Shown one piece after another: positions 1-12,989 of a stretch of 64,000 bases of DNA. This stretch comes from Botryllus schlosseri (lineage: Eukaryota): positions 28,150,001-28,214,000 of the forward strand of contig CM119372.1 in the NCBI GenBank assembly GCA_051294905.1, read 5' to 3'. The first letter of the stretch is position 1. Each line of letters opens with the position of its first letter. A program made the position numbers and the translations under genes. The notes beneath the pieces are model-generated. The model ran no database searches, was not told the DNA's origin, and saw only the letters and a program-made list of their open reading frames with translations.

Positions 1-1075
1 CTAAAATCATACACCAAGCGAAGACAAGCACACCCAGCAACGATATGATAGCAACTCTAAACAAACTATTCTTCAACTTTGTGTGGCAGCCTGAAAAAAT
101 TGAAATAGTAGCAATACAGAAACTAACCAAACATAAAAAGAAGGAGGGGGGAAATACCGCATTTAGAGGCAAAAACTAAAACACGAAAACTCGAAAAAAA
201 TGGAATACTGGCGAAATTAGACGAACCAGCAGAATTTTGGCACCACCACGAACTAAACCTATTAGGACCGACTATCAGGAAATGGAACAAAAATCTTCTC
301 ACAAATAATATGCCACACAATACAGAATTAACAGAAGAATGGAGAAGCATGATGGGAATCTATGAAGACCAGGAATGGGAAATCGAAGAATGGTTAAGAA
401 TGCTTAAGCAACGCATAAAGAAATATGCCTTGCGACCAAAAAACTCTTCGAGGTGAAGAACACCAAAGCCGCAAATTGGAGGCAAATACACCATCCATGA
501 ACCTAAAAGATTTACTAAGTAATAGAGAAAAAGTAACTACAACTACCGAATCGCAAATGAATGCTACCTCTTCGGAGCAAAGAGTAAAGAAAAATCTTTA
601 TTAAACACAAGATCAGGGGACATAGCAATCGCCTAGTGCAGGAAATGCGGAAACCATCTGGAAACAGTGAAACACATTGTATACGATTGCTTCACAGCGA
701 CAAAGATACTCGAAAAGCTGAGTCGCATCACTGATGGGAATCAAATTGAACTAAAAGAAGAAACTATCATAAAGAACGAAGAAACCAAAAGAGAGCAAGC
801 TAGAATAATACTCGAAATATATAAACAAAAAATGATACAACATAGGAAAAAATTAGATCAAGGAAATCAGATGGAACAAAATAAAGAAGTAGTCAAGGAG
901 ATCTACAATCAAACACGTAGAACTCTGAAAAGTAGACTAGAAATACCAAATGAGCTAACAAAAGAACTAAATGAACTTAAACTTGCGTTGAACTCACCTT
1001 GAATACTTTACGTTTCTTTCACAAAAAGAAATAGAACTGAAATAAACACAAAAAAGAAAACTATGAAAACTATGA
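1..1075 (+). mobile_element. 3' end of a decayed L1/Tx1-clade non-LTR retrotransposon (ORF2 post-RT region with CCHC zinc knuckle), cut by the window edge
   Basis: Manual translation gives 'LNKLFFNFVWQPEKIEIVAIQKLTKHKKK(fs)GGGEIPHLEAK', typical of the post-RT region. 'CRKCGNHLETVKHIVYDC' (CX2CX8HX4C) lies at ~637-690. There are frameshifts and stops, a strongly A-rich sense strand, a stop at 1002 and an A-rich tail. Confidence 0.75.
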
Positions 1076-1099
1076 AAACGCCATACAAACAACTGTGGT

Positions 1100-1830
1100 G
1101 CGTGCGGTGTACGGAAATCCGCAAAAATTATTAAATTTAATATGGGGTCCACCGCCTTCGCAAAGAATACGATCAAAAATAAATAAAAATAACCATCATT
1201 CACTGAAATAAGTTTAATTGTATTCGCAATTATAAGATAACGGTATATTCCCTGAGTCGATTGAGGCCGTTTGGATGCTTCAGTCAAGGTCAGTGGTTCT
1301 AAACCTGGCCGTCGTTTGCCTTTATTCTGGCGACCGGGAAGATGTCGAACGTAGCAAGCTTCTAAATTAGGCCGTGAGTAAATCTGAACAAAGGTGCTGA
1401 CCTACTATAGCAATCAGCTCTTCAAGTTTTGAGCTGAGCCACGGAACATTTTCAATCTGGCACGGGAGTCGCAACCATAAAAGGTTGGAAACCACCGGAT
1501 ATGCAACTAGCTGGTGCGAATTGTCATTTCGGCTCAGAAATAGACTTCTCCGGGAGAAAAGAACATGACTTGACGATGTACAATTAACTCCCTTTATTTC
1601 GATTTCACCATCCTCCACCAACTCTGCCGCTTACTCCGAACACTTAGGTGAAGAGAGGATTAAGATTTCATACTAATATATGGAAGAACCGATATTTGTT
1701 ACAGATTTCATTCACAAACTTTAACAACCAGATGCCTATAGTAAGCTCCCAGATGATCCATCGATTACCCTATGATTGGGGCCCCAGATTAGTGTTCGTT
1801 TTGGGCGGGAGGGGGCTGCAGAACACACAA
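1100..1830 (+). mobile_element. Internal fragment of the MITE family seen intact at 25291-28566 and 44515-45785
   Basis: 1185-1800 aligns by eye with 25570-26200 and 44790-45240 (aaataaccatcatt..ctgaaataag..gatgttgaacgta..aaaggttggaaaccac). Confidence 0.75.
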
Positions 1831-2358
1831 CAACATTAATGCATCGACTTAAAATTATATCAGACCTGTCAAATATACGACCGGCGGGCCGGATACGGCC
1901 CGTCACGCGACTGCATACGGCCCGTGAAGAATTCTGATGCAGGCCAAATAAGAATACAATAGAACAGGGCTCTTCAATCGGGTGTATCGTACTCCCCAGG
2001 GTGTACTAAAATTTTGAAAGGGTGTACCACTCAGATGGGGTGTACTTGGGCGTACCAAAAATTTTAAAGGCTTTACCACTCAGATTGGGGAGGGGACGGG
2101 GGTGTACCAGATCCGCATTAAAATGTACCAAATGACTAACAATCATCATAAACAGTCAAGTTTGTGCAATACCGTGCGAAGTACAATGTTCGTATCAGCT
2201 GTACGTAGCTTGTACGTTACATTCCTTTTGCGATATCATAAGTAAATGCTTCTCGCCATTTAAACTGTGGTAATGGACTTTTATTGGTTCCTTTTGGAGT
2301 AGAACTGAAACAGGACGGAGTTGACATGAGTTTCGCTTGCGATATCTGTCGAAAATTA

Positions 2359-3300
2359 CACTGGTCAACAAAAAAAATGAAAAATTTTTGACAGAACATA
2401 TGAGAGCCGTTTCTGGGGTTTAGGGGTTGCTGATTACGAATATCACATTAGTTTTGTCAGATTGGCTCTTGTTCAGAAGATATTTGTACCCCTAAAAAAG
2501 CCTAAAATTACTGTATTCACCGTTGAATATTTCACTTGGTCGGAAGAAAATCGTAGATTTTTCTAATTTTATACTGCGTACATGTAGTTCTCAGTAATTC
2601 TATCCATATTAACATGACGTGATGCGAAGTATTTGTTTGTCAAGCCTAAAAATTGTTCTTTGCGCAACGGAAATACATATTCTCCTTTATCAATTGGTGA
2701 TTCTACGAAGATTAACGAGGAGTATAAAGCTATAACAATTTGTGCTTGAAAAGCTTACCTACAATACTCATATGCGTGCAATTTCTTTTGACTTGTAAAT
2801 GGATAATTTTCCGCTGAGTCAACAAGGTGGGTATACCTAGTAAACCTATCAAACGAGACGCTTAAATCTTTGATCGATTTCAGATTCGAATACCGATGAA
2901 AGATTCCAATTTCATAGGAGGAGTTCACTGCATGGAATTTCTCCTAAAACTTTTGAGATGATTACAAAGCACCCAACTACAAGCAATTGGTCCGAAAGTT
3001 CGTATCTGCCTATGGAAAACTTGTCACAAACATGAGCATAAAAGTTCACTTCCTGTTCAGTCATCTTGGTATATTTCCTGATCATTTTGATGATTAGCGA
3101 GGGGAGAGGTACCACCAAGACATCAAAACAACAAAAGAAAGATACAAGGGCAGATGAGATGAACATATTATGACAGACCATTGCTGTAACCTTTCGAGAA
3201 ACTGCACAAAATTGCTGACAGGCGAAAATCGTACAAAAAATGATTGGACTTTAAAATAAATTTATAATATTATATTCCAACTCATTATTTCAAACCTGCA
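2359..3300 (+). mobile_element. Decayed Chapaev3-like (CMC) DNA transposon with C-terminal transposase remnant
   Basis: The left end CACTGGTCAACAAAA is preceded by TTA. ~2930-3200 translates to 'YKAPNYKQLVRKFVSAYGKLVTNMSIKVHFLFSHLGIFPDHFDD*RGERYHQDIKTTKERYKGR*DEHIMTDHC', matching the MSxKxHFLxSHL...GERFHQDI motif; it carries in-frame stops. The right end was not found. Confidence 0.7.
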
Positions 3301-3357
3301 ATAGGTGGTTGACGTAAAACTGATTGAATGAATGCCACGTTATTTGATTATCTAGGT

Positions 3358-4900
3358 CAGTGGTTCTTAACCTTTTTTCTTACAGCGCCCCCTTTCAAAA
3401 ATTATTGTGCTCCAGCGCCCCCCCCAACTTCATATTGTCAGGAATGTAATAAAGACAATGAGTAAGAGGGAGGGCCGTAACAGCACTTCTTCAACCCCCG
3501 TAAAAACGATTGCCTTGCGCACCCATAGCGTTATAAACCAAACTTCTGAGGGCTTCGCCCCCACGAATCCCATGGCGTGACTTCGATGGTCAGCAAAGTT
3601 TGTGTGGCCTGGTCGCCCTAGGTACCAGAATTTTCTATAATGGATGAATGAATAGGTGGTAATCACATCGCTATAAACTTCTTATCCTCTCAGCCCACGT
3701 AATCAGATTTACCAGTAGCTCTGAGTGAGCTGTTGTATAGGAAAATAAAGGGCACGTAATTAATAATTAAACATATTCGGGCGTGCCTGCAGATACAATT
3801 ATTCGTTACCAGGGCCGTAACAGCACTTCGTCAGCCCCCCCCCCCCCCCCCAAACAAAAAAAGTTGGTCCTGGGCCCCCATCGGGTGATAAACCAAACTT
3901 CCGGGGGACTTCACTCCCAGACCCCCATTAGGCAGTCCGCTATTTGCTGATAGCCTATTAGGTATCTACATTGGGTGTCCATTTACGCAGGCAGCTATTC
4001 TCGCCTAGTCGCATGAAGTGCGAAAAATTTCACTAATTAATGATTGAATTGGTCAATATCATCGGGAATTGCATGTAAGTTGAGATCAATTTTTATCCTC
4101 TCTCTGCTCACGTAAACACATTTACCGGTAGAGCTGAGTGAGGTGCAATGTGCCCTCTAAGCTACGCACGTGCGCAGTGCTGACACGGTCTCTGCGCACA
4201 GAAAATCTACGTTGCGCACAATAAATCCGGAGTTATTACCTTTTTTTAATCGTTACGCCCTGTTGTCCAAGGGTCAGGGCAGTGAGTTGTTGAGTGTGCG
4301 CAGACTCATCAAAACTTGAAGCGAACATTGTGAGGTTTCTTGGAAACTGTAGGGCCCGTTATTAATAATTAAACATATTCGGGCGAGCGAACCCGTTGGT
4401 ATGACTTCGTTGCATGATGTTATTTCGTGACCCCCTGTCTGCAATATCAAAAAATATAGAATAGCTCAACGGGGATATCGCCCAACAGGAATATCCCTGT
4501 CGCCCAATCGTACTAAACTAAAAGACGCACACGATTTCAGATTGGTATTTTTTCACTGACATATAATTTTTCCCTGCCAGATGGAATTCGTCTTCCGGTT
4601 GTTTGGATTGCCAAGACAGGAACATTCGGTGTCAGTCATTTAGGCGCCCATGGACAATTAAACCTATATGTATTTTGAAGGCTATATGTAACGAAGTTTT
4701 CATTGTTAATTTGCTCTGAATACTCATGAAGGATATGTCCCATCACCACATCATCTACTGCGAAGCCATTTTTCTCCAGCGCCCCCCATACCGCCCCCCT
4801 GAGCCCAGCGCCCCCCATTTCGCCCCCTGAGCGTTTCCGCCCCCTTTCAAAATCGCCAGCGCCCCCTGGGGGGCGCTGGTGGCAAGGTTAAGAACCACTG
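3358..4900. mobile_element. Non-autonomous hAT element with an internal duplication and a nested small MITE
   Basis: TIR cagtggttcttaacctt / aaggttaagaaccactg; perfect 8-bp TSD ATCTAGGT; internal repeat ~3470-3790 vs ~3812-4390. Confidence 0.9.
4146..4330. mobile_element. Small MITE (caatgt...acattg termini) nested in 3358-4900
   Basis: Ends caatgtgccctctaag / cttgaagcgaacattg; flanking tgaggt duplicated; absent from the paralogous internal repeat at ~3725. Related ends occur at ~10730-10810 and ~42078-42160. Confidence 0.6.
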
Positions 4901-4914
4901 ATCTAGGTAAATAC

Positions 4915-5891
4915 TAGGGATGGTGTGAACGTAAGGTTCACGTTCGCGTTCTGTGTGTGAACCTCGGAAATTTAGAGGTTCGCGTTCACAACAGAACCTT
5001 GGAAGGTTCTGCACTGTGAACCTTTTGGTAAATTACAATTTTCACTCCATTATAAGATTTTTGACTCAAATTTATTGCATTTCAACTACGGGCCACTCCA
5101 TGCATGGTGATGGCAGCATAGAAAATCAACACTAAACGAGCATGCACCATGTACCTCGACAACCTTAAAAGTTTTACTTGCTTTGTTGCAAAAATTTTCT
5201 CGAAATATCCAGCTTTCCGTTTGTGAATATTTAGTGACTCTCTGCTGTGAGCTTGACCCGCAATCTATATACGTAGCCAGCGAATGATGCTTATTCAACC
5301 AATCAATGACATTGATATCGTCTTCTGATGTAAAAAATCGAACGGTCGTACTGGGTCAATCTTGACTTCATATCTTTATTGTATCATTAAATCCAAATCC
5401 GTGCGAATAACGTGCTTGCTACTGCTGCATAACTTGTTGTTTGTGGTATCGGTAGCGAGTATAGAAACCAGTTGTACACTCTGCTCAATATCAATGTAGC
5501 AATACTCAGACTCCGGTCTGACTAGGACCGTTTAGGCGTAAGCTTATATTCCTTGGTAAGCCCTCGTCGAAATTGTTGGCAAAGCGACGGACTGTACTGA
5601 TTTTATGCAATTATTATATCATTTGATTACCGCAGTTGATACTTTTAGCGATGTTTAAAACGCCTATATGTACTTCAGCATTGTGACATTGCGTGGGCCG
5701 AATCTTCGCTAGCTATCGTGTATACATTAATATAGGGCACATAGTCTATCACTTCATTGAAAGAAAGGGTTGGAATTGGCAATATCACGTCACGTGACGT
5801 CACGAGGTTCACGTTCGTGTTCACACAGAACCTTTCAAATAGGTTCGAGTTCACACGAACCTGAACCTTTCAGAGGTTCACACCATCCCTA
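4915..5891. mobile_element. Non-autonomous hAT-type MITE (tagggatggtgtgaac TIR)
   Basis: TIR tagggatggtgtgaac / gttcacaccatcccta; perfect 8-bp TSD GTAAATAC; subterminal aggttcac/gaacct repeats; sister copy at 14655-18170. Confidence 0.9.
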
Positions 5892-7344
5892 GTAAATACG
5901 CATATATATGACTGTGCAATCTCACAATCTCACAGCGCGGTCCCTCCCAGTCAACAAAATGGGAAGCGATCGCCCGGCGTATTATGCGCATTCGATATCA
6001 AAATGATGCTTCAAAAGATACAATTTTCGCACTTCGACTGCAGACTCATTAAACCTTTTGTTGCCGTTCATTAACCCTCTCGCTACTGCAGCTTACAACC
6101 GCTAGTAACCCTATAGCTACCTGAATCGTTGTTGCTTTCTGGCAAATATATCAACCTGTTTCAAGACATCACAATTTGGCAATATGTTTTCATTATTGTG
6201 TTAGTTATAATAAAATCCAGCACGAGCATACATTCAAAATACCGGTCAAATACAGACAGACAGTCATTTAAAATCCAAAAAAAATCACATTGATTTCAAT
6301 CGAGATACAGAAAGATTTTCTTGTCGGGACAAGTTTGATACAACTATTCCTGCTCTTGAATTGAAATACAGACCAGATCTGGTTTATCAAACCAGTTTGT
6401 GCCTTGGCGGAAATAATAGGATTAAGGCAACGCGGAGCTACCATCAGCAGCCAGCTCACTGTGGGGCACGCTATCTTCATTCAGAATCCAATTGTGAATG
6501 ATTTATCCCAAGTTTAGGCTTGGCGTGGTCTCTGATATCTGGGTTATTCCACTGATCTCATATTCGAGCGATTTACTGTCAGCCAGATATCACGAGTAGT
6601 CGAGTAGTGATAATCGGCTGATCATGGACAGTCGCTGCAGGTTGAACCAATGCTTGGAGGACGATATTTTATAAACTGTTGCCTTCGCCAACGCTGCATT
6701 CTTTTCAATTCACCATCAGACTTATACGGATATTTGGGCATATCGCAATCACTTCGTGGCTTCAGTCTCCATCTTAAAATAAAGGCTAACTATAGCAACA
6801 AAATAACTGGTAGATTAATTGAACTGAATATCACAAATTTTAATCAGAAATTATTGCCAGACATAGTATTTGGCTGAACAGTTGAAATGCTAACCGTTGT
6901 AACGAACATCAACGATTGTACATTCAGTCACAGATATTGCAGACAGAGACAATAGATGGTTTGAGCATATCCCATGTTTCGTTAATATACATAGCATGCA
7001 CCAGGGATCACCAATCTTTTGCAACCAAGAGCTACTTCTTGGTACTGGTAGGAGCAACGGGCTACCATTTACACCCGCCGTTTACCCGTGTCAGACTGAA
7101 TTTCCGCTTTGATATTCATAGCGCTAGGCAGGAATCACATTGCGGTAAGACTTCGAACAGAGTCTTTTAAATCAAAACATCTCGTCTCAACTAGCTATAG
7201 ATAGCCACTAAGATTTTTTTAAGGAAATCATGAATTACTGGGCACTATGTTTTGTATAAATTATACACAACAGTCAACTCAAATTTTAATATAAATCATG
7301 TCACACTTTTGACTTGACATCATGTTATCTGTTTTTGTATTAGC

Positions 7345-7700
7345 CAGTGGGAAGCCTGGCACTGCATGCTATTAACTGGTGCGCTGTACTCTGGTATGTA
7401 AATTGACACTGCAACTTTGAGTGTGTGTTCCAGATGTGCATTAGTGAGGCGTGTTCTGTTTTTTATTTTGATGCAGTTCATGTACGCACCCCGTACAGGC
7501 TGATTCACAACGATACGTTGAAGCAATCACGGTTTCAACCTTCGTAGCCGCTGCGCATGCACCACTGTAGGCTAATTTTCCGTGTCAACAAGGCACCAAA
7601 TGTTTGCTGCAGCCTGGTGGGCTTTGAGGTCGAGGTCATTTTGCAGCGTTACAATTTCAATCTCCAACTGCTCAGCATTCAGACATGGCAAATTTCATTA
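7345..7700 (-). mobile_element. hAT (Buster/Charlie, GTF2IRD2/EPM2AIP1-like) transposase C-terminal remnant
   Basis: Minus-strand translation across frameshifts: 'LEIEIVTLQNDLDLK..NIWCLVD...ASTYRCESA..MNCIKIKNRTRLTNAHLEHTLKVAVSIYIPEYSAPVNSMQCQASH', the hAT dimerisation-domain signature. Confidence 0.75.
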
Positions 7701-7817
7701 TATCGGACAACAGCAACGATTACAGAAAGTTGGAGACATGGTACTAAACTGCGTTGACTGAAAGAGAAACAAGCTGTCTCATAAGATGCAATAGGTAATG
7801 GGCAATGGGCATACAGA

Positions 7818-9230
7818 CAGGCGCGTATCCAGAGCGCGAAAAAGGGCGGGGTTTTGCGTTACGAAATAGGCTATTATGACGTCATCATTACAATTACTCG
7901 TCTCCACGCCATGGCGAATATTTACGATATTGTATAGTTTAATAATAAAAAGAGATTTGCGGTGAGTGGGAGATGTACGAATACGATACAGACATGCCTG
8001 AAAATCGCGTTTCTTTTACGGTATGATTGAAAGAAATTCGTAATTGCTCACATTTAGTCATGAGCCAGCAAACGCCGCCCGTCTCCAAGCGCCTAGTTCC
8101 GGCCAGAGATGCGCGATTTTGTTGGGTTTTGACGATATTATGCGCACGGTCGGTAGTATCGCAGCGGACGAACAAGCGCGGAATAAGGCGGTAGCATAAA
8201 CGAGGGCGATCGCAATCGCCACAGAGAGGTGGGGAGAGGTGTGAACAGTGTACGTCGTACACGAATGTGTGCTTTTCGATGGCTTTACTAGCCTTACGGC
8301 TGAGCGTGTAGTACGCGCGAAGGTAATTCGACTTTAATTGCAAATACGCAAGTCAGTCAGTTAATAAGGGCCGAAAACTCATTATCTTGATGTTCGTTTG
8401 TTTCCCGTTTATTTAATTGAAAGACGATATATATATATAATTAATACAGAGTACACACTGGGATAATAATAAATTGATCGACAGAGAAACTAGTCAGCCG
8501 ATATAATTAGGTTGACTTTACTACTAGGCCTACTCAATTCTCCCGTTCAGCGACAACACAGGCCTGTATTTGGACGCCAGCAAGCCACCTAATAATCGGG
8601 AACGTGGATTGCTAGGCTTGTATTTTGAAATGTGAATGTCAATCGTAGACCATTTCTCGCCAATAATCGCGAAGAAAATGTGGATTTGAGAATAGCATTG
8701 TCGTACCGGTGCCGCCGTGTCTGCGTCTCGCTGATCAATCAACACGCCGTGCAATTCTTAATTAGGATTTCGAGGCGAGCAGGCGCAGCGCCCAGCGAAT
8801 TCGCGGGCGATGTTGATTGCCGTCAACTTCGTCTTTGCAATTACGTATCGCGTCGGCCAATTAGATTAGATTTTCCTAAAATGCGTCTCTCGTTTTAGCA
8901 AGGCGAGAGAGAAATCGAGGGAAGAAAGTTGAGAACGTCAGCAACTACTGCTGAAATGTAGCTTAACAAGCGCAGAATTCGTATGGAATTAGCGAAATAT
9001 AACGACCTATTTTATCCTTTCGACTAATTCGGCGCATGATTCCAAGATTTGCTAGGGGTTTTAGTCCCCTTAAATAACATTAACACGCCATATTCGCCTT
9101 CTCATACGTAAAAACGAATATGTTAAACTAATAAATTAGCAAATACTAGAGGCTATATTTTACATCAATTTTTAGGATTTTGAAAAGGGGGGGGTTCCGA
9201 ACCCCTAACCCCCCCCTGGATACGCCACTG
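7818..9230. mobile_element. Non-autonomous hAT element
   Basis: TIR caggcgcgtatccag / ctggatacgccactg; perfect 8-bp TSD CATACAGA. Confidence 0.85.
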
Positions 9231-10814
9231 CATACAGACATTGAAAATTTGCTAGTACTTCACGGCTACCTGCTACCTAAGTAGGCCTAATGTTGTTTAC
9301 TACTTTGGCATTGTCCTGAACGTCGAGCTACCACAAAGGAATCCCCGCCATTTCAAGAAGACCGTGGATGGTATTCCGTCATGTCGCCTGTATAGGCAGT
9401 GCGCCGTATCTTACGTCTTCGAATTCCTTGCTTGTTGGTATATTACTAATTGTAATTGAGGATATTTGATGTCATCATTTCAAGTGTTTATTTGTATGTA
9501 TTGTCATTTGCAAGTAACATGTTAGTGCGATTCAAACTTAATCAATCAATATACATATTTAAAATCTCACTGGTAATAATCCGACGCATATTGGTAAATG
9601 CTGCTATTCGATCTATTTTTAGAACAGGCTGGCGGGCTACTCATCTGGTCCTCGCGGACTACCTAGGGCCAGCGGGCACCGCATTGGTGACCCCTGTCCT
9701 ACACTAATGAATGCACTAACAAATGATGTCAACGCCATAACCACAACACGAGGGGCGAGGGGTAACGACACTCTTCCGAGGTTTAGCATTAAAATATCAA
9801 CGGACTGGTAGTACGCATTACGTTCAGAGCACTTGACGTTAACTGCCGCCAACCTGACATTTCAGGCTACTGAAAAGTCAAAGTCAGCATTTTCTATTTT
9901 ACAAGCCAACCGCAAACAAGCAATTAATGACTAATCTCCTATTCGAAACACCATTTGACTACCAATACACATATAAGCAAGCATGTACAAAATTTCAATA
10001 AAAACCCGAACTATTATTTGCTCAACTTATCTCAACGAAGAACTTAATTCATATTCCCTTCCAACGCTATAGTCTCGGAAATAAAATTCGCCGGTACGGA
10101 CGATAATTCAAACTTCAAGAGTGCAGCCGTTGGTAAACAACATCCGATGACTTATGACATCACAATGACTCCACGCTGAAGTGCTCACGAACCTGGCAAA
10201 GCGGTGAAGCCGCGTGATAATCATGCGCAATTTGATTGGTTAATAACGCTGACACCACTCTGCCCGCCGATCGATGGAAAGGAGAAGAATCGATCTTTTG
10301 AATTCGAGATCGATCAGTTACTATACATCAAGGTGCCGCTTCACTGTAGTGTCAAAACGTGTGCGTTCACCTCTCCTGTCTTCGCCTGGTTCGGCATTGA
10401 ATATACACACTTTTGTCGACTGGGATTGGACAAGAGTGCGTAACATGGGGGTCACCACCGCTGGCCTTACCCGCATTTTCCTGTAATGTGTGGCGTTGAC
10501 TAAAAAAAGGTCATCAGTGTGACTGGAATCCCTTATTTTACGAAACTCTGACGTTCGCTGAATCGGACTCAAGTTTTTTATGATGTCGCTTCGCCTGATT
10601 ACGAATTACTGATTACAAATTAGTGATGTACATTTGTACATCTGAAATGGTCGTCACATTGGTTTGATGATCATCTGTGCCTTCTGCGAAAGATATATTG
10701 ATACTTTCTTTTCGAACCAGAGTAGGTTTTCTTTGTGCGCGGCAAAGATTTTTGTGTGCGCGCAGACTTTGTCAGCAGTGCGCGCACGCGCACAGCTTAG
10801 ATGGAACATTCGTC

Positions 10815-10976
10815 ATATGACTTGGTCCAAGTCATGCACAATGACTCGAGTAGAAATCGATTCAATAGACAAATTGATTCCAGTCGAGTCGAGTCATATT
10901 CCGTACTTTGATAAATTGACTCGAGTCAAGTCGAGTCAGCAAAAAATCGTCATGACTCGAGTCATTACAACCCTGC
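10815..10976. mobile_element. Right end of a gactcgagtc-rich MITE
   Basis: Repeated tgactcgagtc units ending in ..cattacaaccctg; similar to 40960-41129. Confidence 0.6.
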
Positions 10977-12989
10977 CAAAAACTGTTTATGTGATGACGC
11001 GGATGGCTAGATAGCAGAGTGGTACGGTCCACAGCTGCGATGCCAGGATCCGTAACTTCGAGTTGGACCGACGTAGATCCCATAGTGGTTACGTCAGTGC
11101 TGGAGATTTCTCCAGTTTCCCCTTAGTCATGTGATCCACGTAAGTAAAGTGCGTGTAACGATATTTGGCCATACTAAAATTCGGACAGCCTGTCATGGCT
11201 CATAATATAAAATATCTGTCTGGTGCCAAAAGGCCAACAATATTGTTGAAATATCATGAATGCTGAAGCAACATCGTCGGCCTACATACATTGAGTGGGG
11301 ATAATATCAGCTGACAACTACCCGAAATTCCTCCTCTGCCTGACTGCTGAGAGTGCCAGAAATATCGCGAAAGTCAAGCATCGATGACGCATCAGTAACT
11401 TCGATATCGCAACGATGGAATGGGATGGTGCGAATCGTGAAAATCTGCTTTCTACGATTCTAATACACTGACTTCCTGAGGTAAACACCCGCTGACAAAA
11501 AATGTTTCGCATATTCCTCTTTCAATATCAGACTTTATCAAATTTAAAACGTAGTTGCAGCTTCAAGTGTAACACCCTATTTCCTTTTCAGTCCTCCACC
11601 GTAAGCATTCGTTGAAAGTCCCATCACTCATCAAATATCCGACAAAGAAAACAGGCCGTAAATGGCGATAATGAATAGCCTGTAACTTCTATACTGGTTG
11701 TTTGTTTTGAACTACTGTGGAATGAATGTAACATTGCAAGCAGATATTCTCCGCTCACGTGAAAGCATGGACGGAAAAGTACGTTGACACTTGTTAGCGC
11801 GACTCGCAACCACCTCGCACAGTAGAACTATTGATTTGTTTGTTCCTTTATACATCCCTGTGCATTACGATAATTGCAGCAACGACAGTTGCGCCTGTCG
11901 CCAATTAAGGACTCGTGCACCACGACCATGAGTTCATGGTAGCTTCGTTTGCTTGATATGACTGTTTACTTTACGCTATGTCGCGATTTCCGAAGTGATG
12001 GTGGACAGGGAGAGGATGTTTTGAATCATGACAAATTAATTGATTTTCAACCAAACTTTTACTAACGCCGGACGAAATATGTTCTGGGATGCATTATGAA
12101 ATGTCATGCAATGGAGATATTTTAAGAAATGATATTTTAATAAATACAAATACAATAAAAAGTATCAGGATCGTCATTTTTATTTTAAACTATGAGCTGC
12201 GCACGATACCTGACAATGACAACGCCTGTCAGCGACTAAAGAATCGGTATTTGGGCTAGCGAAACACGGTACGAGCTGAATGACTATCACCTCACAATGT
12301 ATGTTCTTGTGGTGAAGCCTAAACGTCTCTGTCTTTGGCAGTGTCTGGGCCATTGCACGACAAGGTAATATCCCCATTCATATAATATGATTCTCTCTCC
12401 ATTGACTGTTTATATCATCGCAGAAGCGGTTTCAGCTATTGAGCAATAGTGATAGTGATGTGTGGCACAGAAGAATAGTTAACTCTGAACAGCAACAGCT
12501 ATTTTTTGAAACGGGAATTAATTACCGTTGTCAGAATGCTTTACTAAGCCCTCTTCCGAAAGCTCAAATCACATCGCGGGCCGCAAAATATAACCTCACG
12601 GGCCGCATCATTTTGGCGAACCCTGCATCAAAGTAATCTACATGACGTCAGGACCGCCAGAAGAATGATATAGCCTACGCAACGTGACTTTCTATAGTCA
12701 GATTACACGTCAATGCTGTCAAATTAAAATTAGCTCAGCGTTGTAACTGGCATGGCTTTGTCCTATTTCCAAACACATGAAGACAAGTCAGCTATCACCA
12801 TATTATAATTTATGATCGCATATCTCTAGTGCTTGATGATTTACTACAATTCCCACATATACATAAAACTATATACAGCCATAAATGATCATAATCACTG
12901 TAAAGACACAAGCATTTTTTAAGAGAGGCATACCCATATAAGAGTAGCCTTATACGTCATATATATATGTTGTTTGAATAAATAATTAG

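Noticed and set aside
667..1002. 111-aa ORF as an independent gene
   Set aside because: It is the C-terminal tail of a frameshifted L1/Tx1 ORF2 and begins inside the CCHC motif at a GTG.
6400..7170. Possible exons in non-repeat-looking sequence
   Set aside because: No consistent open frame or recognisable protein motif in the frames I examined; cannot be supported without transcript data.
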